Part shown: positions 26,304 to 36,158 of the stretch, one piece after another
How positions within the stretch are numbered: the first letter of the stretch is position 1
How the letters are laid out: every line of letters begins with the position of its first letter
IMG/VR virus record: IMGVR_UViG_3300045141_000380
Span: 1-57,730 of that record
DNA from: a virus
Taxonomy: Duplodnaviria; Caudoviricetes
Strand: one strand, 5' to 3'
DNA length: 57,730 nt
The notes under the pieces: generated by a model
The model's input: the letters and a program-made list of their open reading frames with translations, nothing else
Database searches by the model: none
Told to the model about the DNA's origin: nothing
Position numbers and translations under genes: made by a program

Positions 26304-29014
26304 TGGCACGAGCCAGACGCCAGCGGGCCCAAAAACCACAGGGCTCGAAGCCCCAGAGATCGCAAGCGCAGAGCGCAAGAGCGCCGAATCCGCAAACCTC
26401 GACCGGTTATTACGAGCAGCCGGCGGGTTCTCCTTCGGGATTCACCCCTGTCGCCCATCCGTTCTCGCCGCCCTATCCGTCGGTCTCCAACTCGTTCGTG
26501 CCCGGGATGGGCTATCTGGGCGACCCGCCGCCGCGCATCGACAATCCGTCCGCTATCCCTGCCACCAATACGTTGGCACCTGATAGTGGTGGTCAGTCCC
26601 CCGCCGCGCAGCCGCCGACCGGATACCGGGCCGGCGGAGGCCCGCCGGTCGGATTTGCGCGCGGCGGTGCGGTCAAACCGATCCATCATGTGCTCAACCA
26701 TACGCGCAGGATGTTTGGTCTTCATAGGATCGGCCAGCCGGCGCCTCGCGTCGGATACCAGGGGGGCGGCGAGGTTTTGCCCTATGACGAGGATCCGGCA
26801 CAGTATGCGCCGGAGCCGACGTATGGGCCCCAACTTCCTCTGGAGCCCCCTGCTGCGGTCCCTGATATCCAGCTCGCCGCTCAACAGGATCCTGCGCTCG
26901 CCGAGCAATTACGACGGCGCTATCGCGCTTCGCCCGAGCTGCCGCCAGAGGGACCGGTGACAGCCGAGAGCGGCATCAGGTCCGTATTGGGCGCCGCGAA
27001 GGACAAGCTCCTCGGTGCCGGCGCATCGGCGATACAGCGTGGCGCCGAGACTGCCGCGGGCGCCGGCGGGGGCGCTTACGGCTCGACGAAGCAGGCACTC
27101 GCCGACTACGTCAACGGCGCGAACGCGCTGACGGCCGATGCCCTGCAGGCTCATATACAGAACACCGCCAACGCCAACCAGAACTCAAGCTCAGCCGCGA
27201 TCATCGAGCAGGCGGCCACCGGTTCGCAGGACATGGATCAGAACGCAGCCGTGACGGCCGGATTGCGCAAGCAGTTCGACGGTGCGATGGCCATCGCCAA
27301 GGCCGCGGACGCGCATGGTCATCTGGACAATTCGCTGAAAGCAGCCGCTGCCGCCTATGATCGTCTGCCGGACGGTCAGAGCCTGTCGCTGCAGCGAACC
27401 GCCGACGGCAATGTCCTATCCATGGTCCAGGATGCCGACGGGAACGCCGTCAGTTCTCATGTCATGACGCCGGACCAGTATCGGCATTATCTGGACAACG
27501 CCACATTCGACCATCTTGCGGACAACGGCATCGTCAGGCACCTGGATGGCGCATCGAGTCTTCCCACAACGTCAGGCGCCGCAGCTCCTGCTGCTGCCGC
27601 AGCTCCACCACCTACGGTCAACGATCTCGCCGGGACGGGAACATACACCGTACCGGCCGCCGCTCAGGCCGCCATGGCTCCTCCCGGTGCCCCGGCCGCG
27701 GCTCCCGCCGCTGCGCCGGCGACCGGATATGCGGGCGAAGACCCATCGCGATATGTTGGGAAAGACTCCCCCATTTCCCGGCCGTACCAAGGCAGTCAGC
27801 AGATCACGTATGAGCGGCCCGGAGGATCTCATTCGACCGTCGGCGGGAAGCTGCAGACGCAGACCATAACCGGTCAAAAAACTATAACTGCCGGCCTTCC
27901 ACAAGAATTGAGAGGGGTCAGGCCTGACGGCAGCTTCCGTGTCCCGACAGGAACCGATATGCGGGTTCCGACCGGTTACGATGTCATTCCTTCCGAGGAT
28001 ATATCTCTCGGCAAGATAGCCGTTCCGACCGGGACGGCCATCGGAACCAAGGACGTCGTGAAATACGATGCGGCTGGAAATCCAGTGCCGTTGCGGATCC
28101 CCAGCGTCTGGGATCCGACCAAGATCAGGTACGAAGGCTATGGGAAGGAAAGGTCCGGTCGCGCTCTGTACGACAATCCGCCGCCAGGCAGCGCTCAGCC
28201 CGATCTGAGTGCAGTAATGCCCCGATTGCGCGGCGGCACAGGGTTCGGCGCGCCAGGCGATGAACGAGGCGCACAATACGCAACGACACCTTACGGCTCG
28301 GCGCCGGTATTCAGCGCGACCCCACCTGCACAGACGCTATTTACGCCGACGTACGGCCGCGGCACCGCAAGCGTACCGCCTTCCGCCGGCGACACCTCGG
28401 CCGCAGCCGAGGCGGCTCGGCTGCACCCGGGCACGTCGGAAGCGCAAGCGCGCGCCGGTTATGTGGCGAAAGCCAATCAGGAGGCACAGAAGGAAGCCGG
28501 CAAAGCCGCAGTGGAAGAGAAGAAGCAGACTGCGGTCGAAAAACGTGTGACCGATTTGGAAAATCTGAGGCAAAGCGGGCGAAGAGATATCGAAGGGATA
28601 CGACAGGGTGGTCTGTCCGAGCGCTCGAGAAACAGGCTCGACCAGATGGATCGGCATCTTGATTTCTTGCGGGACAAAACTGTTCAAACGCTCGCGCAGC
28701 AACGTCTGACCGCTGGGGAGAACCAGGCGATCCGATTGTATGACGATGCACTAACCAACGGTCGCGAGCCTCCACCCAACGCTGCAGCGGCTGTGAAGAA
28801 ATTGTTTGGTGAGGCCGCCAGGCAAGGCATGGCGACGCCTGCGGCGCTGCCTCCGGTCACATCTGCGCCCGCTGCCGCACCAGCTCGGCAGTCCGCTCCC
28901 GCAGCGAATATCCCCCCCGGCGCGATCGAGGCCCTGCGGGCAAATCCGGCCCGGCGCGACGAGTTCGATCGCTACTACGGCCCCGGGTCGGCCGCGCGGG
29001 CTCTCGGTCAGTGA
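26300..29014 (+). CDS. putative internal virion (ejection) protein
   Basis: Large low-complexity ORF; C-terminal AIEALRANP...EFDRYYGPGSAARAL. Confidence 0.65.
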   Translation: MMARARRQRAQKPQGSKPQRSQAQSARAPNPQTSTGYYEQPAGSPSGFTPVAHPFSPPYPSVSNSFVPGMGYLGDPPPRIDNPSAIPATNTLAPDSGGQSPAAQPPTGYRAGGGPPVGFARGGAVKPIHHVLNHTRRMFGLHRIGQPAPRVGYQGGGEVLPYDEDPAQYAPEPTYGPQLPLEPPAAVPDIQLAAQQDPALAEQLRRRYRASPELPPEGPVTAESGIRSVLGAAKDKLLGAGASAIQRGAETAAGAGGGAYGSTKQALADYVNGANALTADALQAHIQNTANANQNSSSAAIIEQAATGSQDMDQNAAVTAGLRKQFDGAMAIAKAADAHGHLDNSLKAAAAAYDRLPDGQSLSLQRTADGNVLSMVQDADGNAVSSHVMTPDQYRHYLDNATFDHLADNGIVRHLDGASSLPTTSGAAAPAAAAAPPPTVNDLAGTGTYTVPAAAQAAMAPPGAPAAAPAAAPATGYAGEDPSRYVGKDSPISRPYQGSQQITYERPGGSHSTVGGKLQTQTITGQKTITAGLPQELRGVRPDGSFRVPTGTDMRVPTGYDVIPSEDISLGKIAVPTGTAIGTKDVVKYDAAGNPVPLRIPSVWDPTKIRYEGYGKERSGRALYDNPPPGSAQPDLSAVMPRLRGGTGFGAPGDERGAQYATTPYGSAPVFSATPPAQTLFTPTYGRGTASVPPSAGDTSAAAEAARLHPGTSEAQARAGYVAKANQEAQKEAGKAAVEEKKQTAVEKRVTDLENLRQSGRRDIEGIRQGGLSERSRNRLDQMDRHLDFLRDKTVQTLAQQRLTAGENQAIRLYDDALTNGREPPPNAAAAVKKLFGEAARQGMATPAALPPVTSAPAAAPARQSAPAANIPPGAIEALRANPARRDEFDRYYGPGSAARALGQ

Positions 29015-29020
29015 CCGGCC

Positions 29021-32000
29021 ATGGCGGACGACGAAACCAATCTTGTCGATCAGTCCGCTCCCCCGGAGCAGAATTATTTTGCGCAATTCGGCGCTCCTCA
29101 TGCTGTGCCGCAGGAGGATAACTATTTCGCGCAATTTGGTGCTCCTCCTGCGGCACAGCAGGAAACCAACTATTTCGCCCGCTTTGCCCCTCCGCTCGCT
29201 ACTGGCGAGAAGCAACAGGACGCGCAGCCGAAGGAGCCTGAGGCCGAAGGCACGCTCGGCACTATCGCCCGCAAGGTCGTCCACAACGTGCTGCCGACAG
29301 CCGCTGCCATCGGCACCGGGGTGCTCACGGCGCCCGCCGGACCATGGGTGGCGATCCCGGCCGGCATCGGGGCTTTCTGGGGCACATCGGAGCTGCAGGA
29401 GAAAGGGCTCAAGGCGCTGGGCTACGGCGACGAGCACCAGCGGGCCGCCAACGCCCAGGCCAACCCCAAGGCCGATATCGCCGCTGACGTCTTGTCGGCC
29501 GCCATCCCGTTCGGTGTTGGGCCCAAGCTCGCGTTGGCGCAGCGTGCGCTCGGCGGCGGCATCGGGGTGGGCCTGGAAGGGGTTAGCCAGCTGCGGCAGG
29601 GCGAATTCGACCTCACCCGTTTGGGTGTTGCAGGAGCCACGGGCTTCACGTTCAACCAGCCGAGAGCCGGCACCGCGGCGTTCGAGCGTGGTGTAGCAGC
29701 GCTGGGTGCGCGGGCCGTGCCCCACGGCTCGCCCGGAGCGGAAGCAGCCGCCGGCACCGCCGAGGCAAAGCCGGCGCCAACCGAAGCCGGCGGTGCACCG
29801 CAGCCGGTCAACACCAACAATTATGGCAAGGCCGAGCCGAGACCTGCGTCGGCAGAAGAGGCCGCCGGTGGCGTCAACCTCGGGTCCGATCCGACCATCG
29901 AGGCGGCGCTGCGGGCCAAGATGCAGCCCGAAGGCGGGGCGGAGCCCGCTGCAGAGCCGCCGACAGCCTTCGGGCAGAAGCTGGATGCGGAGTTTCCCAG
30001 AATTCCCGATGCCGCCGCACAGGCTCGGCCGCTCGTCGAAGAGCGTGCAGCGCCGCCGGCACCTGCCGCTCCGCCCGAATACAGGGTCACCAATGACACC
30101 GAGACCAACCGGCATCTGCTGTTCCGCGACGGCGAGGAGATCGGCGACTTCGCCAACCGCGGCGAGGCCATGAAGGCGCGCAATCTCGCGCTCATCAAAG
30201 ACACCGCCGCACGCCGGCAACAAGCTGCGCCAGCCGCACCAGCCGCACCAGAACCAGCACGTGCGCCACCACCGCCTGAAGCGACCGCGCAGCGCGCCCC
30301 GGGCGGGGCTGCCGAGCCGGAAGGGACACCCAGGCCGCTCGGCGCAGCGCCATCCCCGCCGCCTAGTGCCCCCCCTGGCGCACCACCTGCGCCGTCACTG
30401 ATGGGCCGGTTGAGCGATTCCCTGCGCACGGCAGCCAGCAAAATCACGGACATCGGTAGCGACCTTCAAATGAAAGTCGCTCCGCTAGCGCGCGGCACAA
30501 AAGAATCCATGGTGGCCGCCAAGGACTGGGCCGACGCGAAAAGGCGCATCAGCTACGAATGGGGCGAGCGTGATCGGCAAATTACAAAGCAGTTCACCCC
30601 CGAACAGCGCAAGCGCGTGTGGGACGCCATGGACGAAGAAAGCGTCATGCGTCAACGCGGCGAGAAGAGCGAGCACATGGGGATAGCCACGCTCACCCCA
30701 GAGGAGCACGCCCTCGCCGAGACGACCCAGGAATGGGCCCGAGATACCTGGGGGCGCATGCGCGACGTCGGCATGGTCGAGGGCGAGGGACTGCCGTACT
30801 GGACGCCGCGCAAGCTGATCAACGCTGCCACCTCGGCGGCTGAAGAAGGTGGGCGCTCCATCAACCGCATCGGCAGCAACCTGAGCACCACGGCTCCGTC
30901 GCTGAAACGCCGCAAGTATCTGGAGGCAGAGCAAACCGAGGAAGCTGCGCGAGCGAGGTTCGGCGAGCAGGCCGAGATCGCGCGCGACATCCGCGCCCTG
31001 CCGCTCGCGCTCGCAGAAATGGAGCATGCAATCGCTGGCCGGCAGATGATGAATGCCATCCGTGAAGCGGGCAAGCGCACTGGGCAGGAGACCGTGGCAG
31101 TAGGCGCGAAGCCGACCGACTCCGAGCACACATGGTTCACCGTCGACCACCCGGCGTTCTACACATGGCGTCCGAAGCTCGAGGAAGCCGACACCGCGGC
31201 CTATCGCGCGGCGGTCGAGCAGACCGGCGGCATCAAGGTGCCGCCAGCCAAGATCCCGCTCATGGATCGCAATGGGGAACCGGTTTTCGAAAAAGTGCCG
31301 CTCTACGTGCGCGGAGATTTTGAAGGGCCACTGCGGGCCACGCTCTCTGAGCCGTCGGGCCTTGCCTACAAGACCGCGATGGACCTCAAAGGCAAGACCA
31401 TGGGGCTGATCATGAACTCGCCCCTGATTCACAACGCGGTGGAGTGGGGCCGCGCCTTGGCGGCAATGCCGGGCAAGGTCTTGACGTTCAAGGTCTATTT
31501 CGACGGCTACAAGGCCAGACAACCGCCCCCTGGCATGGTCGGCGCCAGCCCTACGATGGTCGAAGCGGTCAATGGCGGCATGGCGCCTATCGGTCCGCGC
31601 GGGTTTCACCAAGACATCCACGCCATCATGGAAGAGCCTAACATGGCTCCTGGCCGCTCATGGACCGCCAAGGTGACAGCCGCGATCCCGGGGTTGTTCG
31701 ACAAGAATGCCGGTGATGCCGTGAAGCGTTGGGTCGATAAGGCCGGCGACTTCTGGCACAACACCCTGCTATGGGACCGCGTCGCCGATCTGCAGGCAGG
31801 GCTCTATGTCAACTTCCGCGACAAATACATAGCGAAGGGCCACGATCCACAAGTGGCCATTCGCATGGCCGCGCACGAGGCTAACCGCTTCGCGGGCGCG
31901 CTTCCACAGGAGGCCATGTCGAACGAGGCGCGCAAGTTCGCCAATCTCGTGCTGTTCTCGCGCTCGTTCACGCTGGGCAATCTTGGCGTCATGAAGGATA

Positions 32001-33025
32001 TGCTCAACGGCATGCCGCGCGCCACACTGGCTCAGATAGAGCGCGACATTGGCGCCACTCCGGAGCAGCTGGGCCATATCAAATCGGAGGCCAGGCGCAG
32101 GGCCATCAGTGTTGTCATGCTAGACATGGGCCTGATGTACGCGGGCAACTCGCTATTGCAGAGTGGTCTCAACGTCATGAAAGGCGACAAGACGTTCGAC
32201 GACGAGGCACGTGGCTACGCGGATCGCCTGCACGGCATGATGAAGAACGTGGGCGAGAATCCGATGTCGCTGCTGCAGCCGCTCAAGCTCGCAGAGAAGC
32301 TGTCGTCGACCTCTGAGAACGAGCCTGGCAAGCACGACCGCATCCTGATCGGGCACGCCAAGGACGGCACCGCCATTTATATGCGCAACCCAATCGGCAA
32401 GATCGGCGAGGAGTTCGCCGGCTGGGCCAGCGGTCCGCTCGACATGATCAGGCGCAAGCTCGGCACGGTGGCACGCCCAGCGTGGCAGGTTCTCAGTAAC
32501 GACAAGGGGTTTGGCCGCAAGGTCTACGATCCGAACGCCGATACGCTTGGGGGATACGTGAAGAACATGGGGCGCATTGTGGCGCACTTTTTAACCGCAC
32601 AGGGGCCGGAGGGTCAAATCGGCGCCGCCGCCGATCTCGCCACCGGCCAGGGCGACCCGAAAGTCGCCGCCGCCCAGGCCCTCGGTCCGATCGCTGGCGT
32701 GACGTTCTCGCGTGGGGCCCCAGGCGGGCCTGCTGCCGGCGAACTCTACAAGGCCAGTGAAGAGCATCAATTCAAGGTCAACGAGGCACTCCCGGACATC
32801 CGGCGCATGATCCAGGGCGGCGATGAACAGGGGGCCCGGCAGCGCATGCGCGAGCTCGGCATCCCGCCTGGACTGCAGAACAAATATGTACGCACCACCA
32901 ACAATCCGCAGCTCCGGTTGTCGCCGCGGGCAGTGCGTGATTTCAATCAGTATGCGCCGCCCGAGGTGCGCGCCAGGTTCCAGCGTGACCTGGAACGGCA
33001 ACGGCAACAGCAGGGAGAACCTTAA
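29021..33025 (+). CDS. large internal virion (DNA ejection) protein, 1334 aa
   Basis: NYFAQF x3 N-terminal repeat; last large gene of morphogenesis module. Confidence 0.7.
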   Translation: MADDETNLVDQSAPPEQNYFAQFGAPHAVPQEDNYFAQFGAPPAAQQETNYFARFAPPLATGEKQQDAQPKEPEAEGTLGTIARKVVHNVLPTAAAIGTGVLTAPAGPWVAIPAGIGAFWGTSELQEKGLKALGYGDEHQRAANAQANPKADIAADVLSAAIPFGVGPKLALAQRALGGGIGVGLEGVSQLRQGEFDLTRLGVAGATGFTFNQPRAGTAAFERGVAALGARAVPHGSPGAEAAAGTAEAKPAPTEAGGAPQPVNTNNYGKAEPRPASAEEAAGGVNLGSDPTIEAALRAKMQPEGGAEPAAEPPTAFGQKLDAEFPRIPDAAAQARPLVEERAAPPAPAAPPEYRVTNDTETNRHLLFRDGEEIGDFANRGEAMKARNLALIKDTAARRQQAAPAAPAAPEPARAPPPPEATAQRAPGGAAEPEGTPRPLGAAPSPPPSAPPGAPPAPSLMGRLSDSLRTAASKITDIGSDLQMKVAPLARGTKESMVAAKDWADAKRRISYEWGERDRQITKQFTPEQRKRVWDAMDEESVMRQRGEKSEHMGIATLTPEEHALAETTQEWARDTWGRMRDVGMVEGEGLPYWTPRKLINAATSAAEEGGRSINRIGSNLSTTAPSLKRRKYLEAEQTEEAARARFGEQAEIARDIRALPLALAEMEHAIAGRQMMNAIREAGKRTGQETVAVGAKPTDSEHTWFTVDHPAFYTWRPKLEEADTAAYRAAVEQTGGIKVPPAKIPLMDRNGEPVFEKVPLYVRGDFEGPLRATLSEPSGLAYKTAMDLKGKTMGLIMNSPLIHNAVEWGRALAAMPGKVLTFKVYFDGYKARQPPPGMVGASPTMVEAVNGGMAPIGPRGFHQDIHAIMEEPNMAPGRSWTAKVTAAIPGLFDKNAGDAVKRWVDKAGDFWHNTLLWDRVADLQAGLYVNFRDKYIAKGHDPQVAIRMAAHEANRFAGALPQEAMSNEARKFANLVLFSRSFTLGNLGVMKDMLNGMPRATLAQIERDIGATPEQLGHIKSEARRRAISVVMLDMGLMYAGNSLLQSGLNVMKGDKTFDDEARGYADRLHGMMKNVGENPMSLLQPLKLAEKLSSTSENEPGKHDRILIGHAKDGTAIYMRNPIGKIGEEFAGWASGPLDMIRRKLGTVARPAWQVLSNDKGFGRKVYDPNADTLGGYVKNMGRIVAHFLTAQGPEGQIGAAADLATGQGDPKVAAAQALGPIAGVTFSRGAPGGPAAGELYKASEEHQFKVNEALPDIRRMIQGGDEQGARQRMRELGIPPGLQNKYVRTTNNPQLRLSPRAVRDFNQYAPPEVRARFQRDLERQRQQQGEP

Positions 33026-33029
33026 TCAA

Positions 33030-33197
33030 ATGCCGCTCAAGAAGGGGACCAGCAAGGCGACGGTCTCGGCCAACATCCGCGAGATGAAGGCTGCCGGCTA
33101 TCCGCAGAAGCAGGCCGTTGCGGCCTCGCTCGATACCGCCCGGCGATCTGGTGCTAAGCTGCCGCCCAGACCAGCGAAGAAAGGAGAACAACGATGA
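33030..33197 (+). CDS. small conserved basic phage protein (MPLKKG...NIRE...KQAVA family)
   Basis: Recognisable motif; GGGAG RBS. Confidence 0.65.
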   Translation: MPLKKGTSKATVSANIREMKAAGYPQKQAVAASLDTARRSGAKLPPRPAKKGEQR

Positions 33198-33406
33198 AAG
33201 CGATCCTAAAGGGTACTGGACCGGTCGACGCCGCTTTTGCGATCGGCGGCCCCGGCGACACCTCGCGCTCGCGCTTCATGAAGGTTCCGGACCCGTTCCG
33301 GACCGACATAGAAAAACAAGACTATGCCAAAACCGGCAAGGGGGGAGAACTATCGGAAATGAGCGGCGACACCAAGAGCAAGCAGCCCATCAAGCCCCGG
33401 AGCTGA
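33194..33406 (+). CDS. hypothetical protein
   Basis: AAGGAG RBS; ATGA overlap. Confidence 0.55.
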   Translation: MKAILKGTGPVDAAFAIGGPGDTSRSRFMKVPDPFRTDIEKQDYAKTGKGGELSEMSGDTKSKQPIKPRS

Positions 33407-33430
33407 AAGCGGACCTGACAGCCAGCACGG

Positions 33431-34978
33431 TCATTCCTCCCGCGCGAGGCCTGCCGTCTGGATGAGGTCCTCCACCGCGCGCTGGTATTTCAACACGCGG
33501 AGTTCGAGGACGTAGTGGGCTATGCCCCGCTTCATATTATCGGTGTAGACGCCGTCCATCTTTCGGGTCAGCTTTACCTTGCCCCTAAAAAACTTCTTCA
33601 ATCCGCCCACCATCTTCTTGGTGGCAGCTAAATCGTCATGCAGATAAGCGCGCAGCGCCCGTCTTTCGATGATGATTTTGCGGTCATCCCTGATGATGTG
33701 AACAAAGATCGTCTGCCCAGGCGACGGCCGGCGCAAGATCATGACCTCCCCTTTCATTTGGAATCCCCACTGCGATCGGTCCGTCACCAGGGCGTTGCCG
33801 GTTTTCAGGCAGCGGTTCAGGAAATCGACCAGCTCCTGCTCGACCTTGAGATAGTCCATGCCGCCGTCCCGTGCGCCCGCACGATTGGCCACGAACGTCT
33901 TTGCCAGGAAGGCTTCCATCGCCGGCACATCGAGGTCGGCGCCCAGCCGCCGCGCCAGCGTAGCACCGGCCAGCAGCACACCGCAGATGCTCCACCAATA
34001 GCTCTCGTCCGACGTGGCGTGCACTTTGTCGGCGAACCGGTCCATCGTCTCGGCCACCATCGTCTCGATCGCCTTGTGCTCGCACGCGAGCATCCGGGCG
34101 TATTGCGCACCGACGAGGCCGTAGTTGTGATCCAGCTCGGCGAAGGTGCGGCTGGCCACCAGCCGATTTACCAGGCCTGGCTCGTGCTCGCGCTTGGCAA
34201 GCTTGAACTCGAACACGCGCAGCAGGGCCGCGCTGATCGAATCCTTTTTAGCGCTCAGAAAGCGCGCAAAACTCGGATTACTGCAGACGCAAAACAGTGT
34301 CTGCCATTCTCCCTTTGCCCTATAGTTGCTGTTGGGCCTGACCTTGCCGCCCTCGGAGCCCCTGGCAACAACGAACATCGTCTGGAACAACTTGTCCTGA
34401 TGCACCTTGGTCTGGATGTCGTCCCAGTATGCCGCCAGATTGCATGTGACCCCGAGCCGCCCCTGCACTGCCTTCAGCGTCGAATAGAAACTCTCGCGGG
34501 TCTGCTTGGGATGACCCCACACCGCTGCCGCCACGTTCTGGGCCGAGGTCTTGCCCGTCCCCGACTCGCCCCAGACGCTGAGGATCGCGCCGTAGGTAGA
34601 GCCCGTAAACGTCATCAGCGGCGCCGCGAAGGCGGTTGCTATCAGCACGTCGAGTTCCGGCCGCCGGCGATCGGTCAAAAGCTTGCACGCCCGCAGCCAG
34701 ACGTCCGGATCACCGACCGGGACGTACCACGGTCTCAGCTCGTCATTGTGCGCGATTGCCAGCGGCTCCTCGGTGCCGTCCTCGCGATAGAGAACATTCC
34801 CGCAGGCAAACCCGATGCGCTTGCCGCCCTGCCAGCGCCAGCCCATGGCGCCGGTATCGTGCATCCCGGCAAACACCCTGTCGGCGACCGGACCGGCGAA
34901 ACCGGTGGTCGCCTCCACCCCAGGGAGCTTGATTGCGCGCATCCTCTCCAACCAGGACATGCCAAATTTCTGTTCCAT
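33431..34978 (-). CDS. DUF927-type P-loop helicase-like protein (apparently without an N-terminal primase)
   Basis: MGW, AFAAPLMTF, Walker A GESGTGKT, WGHP, YWDD, NYGLVG. Confidence 0.7.
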   Translation of the reverse strand: MEQKFGMSWLERMRAIKLPGVEATTGFAGPVADRVFAGMHDTGAMGWRWQGGKRIGFACGNVLYREDGTEEPLAIAHNDELRPWYVPVGDPDVWLRACKLLTDRRRPELDVLIATAFAAPLMTFTGSTYGAILSVWGESGTGKTSAQNVAAAVWGHPKQTRESFYSTLKAVQGRLGVTCNLAAYWDDIQTKVHQDKLFQTMFVVARGSEGGKVRPNSNYRAKGEWQTLFCVCSNPSFARFLSAKKDSISAALLRVFEFKLAKREHEPGLVNRLVASRTFAELDHNYGLVGAQYARMLACEHKAIETMVAETMDRFADKVHATSDESYWWSICGVLLAGATLARRLGADLDVPAMEAFLAKTFVANRAGARDGGMDYLKVEQELVDFLNRCLKTGNALVTDRSQWGFQMKGEVMILRRPSPGQTIFVHIIRDDRKIIIERRALRAYLHDDLAATKKMVGGLKKFFRGKVKLTRKMDGVYTDNMKRGIAHYVLELRVLKYQRAVEDLIQTAGLAREE

Positions 34979-35038
34979 TTGAGTGGTCTCACGCGATGAT
35001 TCGTTCTAATCGCCTATCGTCGCTTAACGATTTGTCAA

Positions 35039-35054
35039 TGCTTCACGTGAAACA
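35039..35054. promoter_or_regulatory. parS-like site
   Basis: TGCTTCACGTGAAACA, 15/16 to the parS palindrome TGTTTCACGTGAAACA; intergenic. Confidence 0.55.
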
Positions 35055-35164
35055 TTCCGGGAACAGCTCATATCCTCCATCGATTTGCATGTCGTGACCC
35101 ACTAAGAAATTCGAACGCACTGACGATCTGAATCCACAGTGCCAGCATTTCCATTCGTCAGTCA

Positions 35165-35587
35165 TCATGGCCTTCCCGGTCGCTCCCGGACTTCAGGCGT
35201 TGGTGCCATCCTGGCGATCTCGTCGACGCGCAGCGGCCTCCGATAATGCACCGCCACAGCGCGCATCCCGATCTCGCGCGTCATCTCCTCAGTCAACCAC
35301 GGCTCGTCCGTTCCGACGCCGCGCATGATGCGGTCACGCAGAGCTTCGGCCTTCCGCCACTTGGTCGGGCTCCAACGGAGCACCGGCACCGGTCCTAACC
35401 TATCGTGATACGATAAGCTGAGCTGCCAAAGAGGGCGCCCGCCGGCGTAGACGGTTCATTCCATGCCGATGTTGCAAGTGAGGCCCGCCGAGATACGCGG
35501 CTCGGCCAGCCAGAAAAACCTCTGCGTGATCTGCACATCCGGGTCGAATACCGGATGTGCAAGCGCGATTTCAACGTGGGGGTTCAT
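35165..35587 (-). pseudogene. hypothetical gene with single in-frame TGA (35456-35458)
   Basis: AAAGGAG RBS then MNPHVEIALAHPVFDP...NIGME*TVYAGGRPLW... continuing in frame into ORF 35165-35389. Confidence 0.65.
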
Positions 35588-35601
35588 TCGTCTCTCCTTT
35601 C

Positions 35602-35811
35602 TCATATCCAGGTTTCCACGATGACCGAGTCGTCGGTTGCATGCCGGGGCAAGCAGACAAGGCCGGCATCGAGCATCATCTCACGCAACACCTCGATATC
35701 AGGATGCGCGTAGGCCTCAGCGGTCGGACTCTCGCCAACAAACTTGCGCACGACAAAAGCGTCTGGCCGATCTTTGGGATGGTCGTAGATCGTCCACGTG
35801 ACGAGGGTCAT
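35602..35811 (-). CDS. small conserved hypothetical protein
   Basis: WTIYDHPKDRPDAFVVR...DDSVIVETWI; GAGGAG RBS. Confidence 0.7.
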   Translation of the reverse strand: MTLVTWTIYDHPKDRPDAFVVRKFVGESPTAEAYAHPDIEVLREMMLDAGLVCLPRHATDDSVIVETWI

Positions 35812-35969
35812 TGACGCTCCTCTTGCTGCCGCTCAAGTTCTTCTTTCTCGTGCTTCATCCAACTTTCGATCTCGTCCTGGATCGCCTGCGCAAGATTTGA
35901 GATGAGTTGATTGCTTGCCGCGCCGCCAAGAAAGTGCCGAGCCAAATCGCGGCATTCCCATCAAGCCAT
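35808..35969 (-). pseudogene. small gene with in-frame TGA at codon 3
   Basis: GAGGGAGG RBS; MA*WECRDLARHFL...LAQAIQDEIESW; terminal stop overlaps next ATG. Confidence 0.5.
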
Positions 35970-36158
35970 CCTCCCTCGTGAAACATCGAGCCGCCCCCGG
36001 AGTCCGTGGCAGTCCCCGGGAGCGGCCGTCCCCGCACTGGCGCCTGCTTTGATTCGCCAGCAAGGGAAGCCCGTAGGCGCGATTTCGGGCGCCAGGGTGG
36101 GATAGTGGCGCCCAGGTGCGGGCGACGCATGGGCGGTGCCTTTGGCGAAGGCTGGGCA

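Noticed and set aside
35165-35969. Genome-wide TGA recoding or selenocysteine
   Set aside because: Many genes end in TGA with ATGA coupling; no suppressor tRNA or convincing SECIS hairpin was seen.
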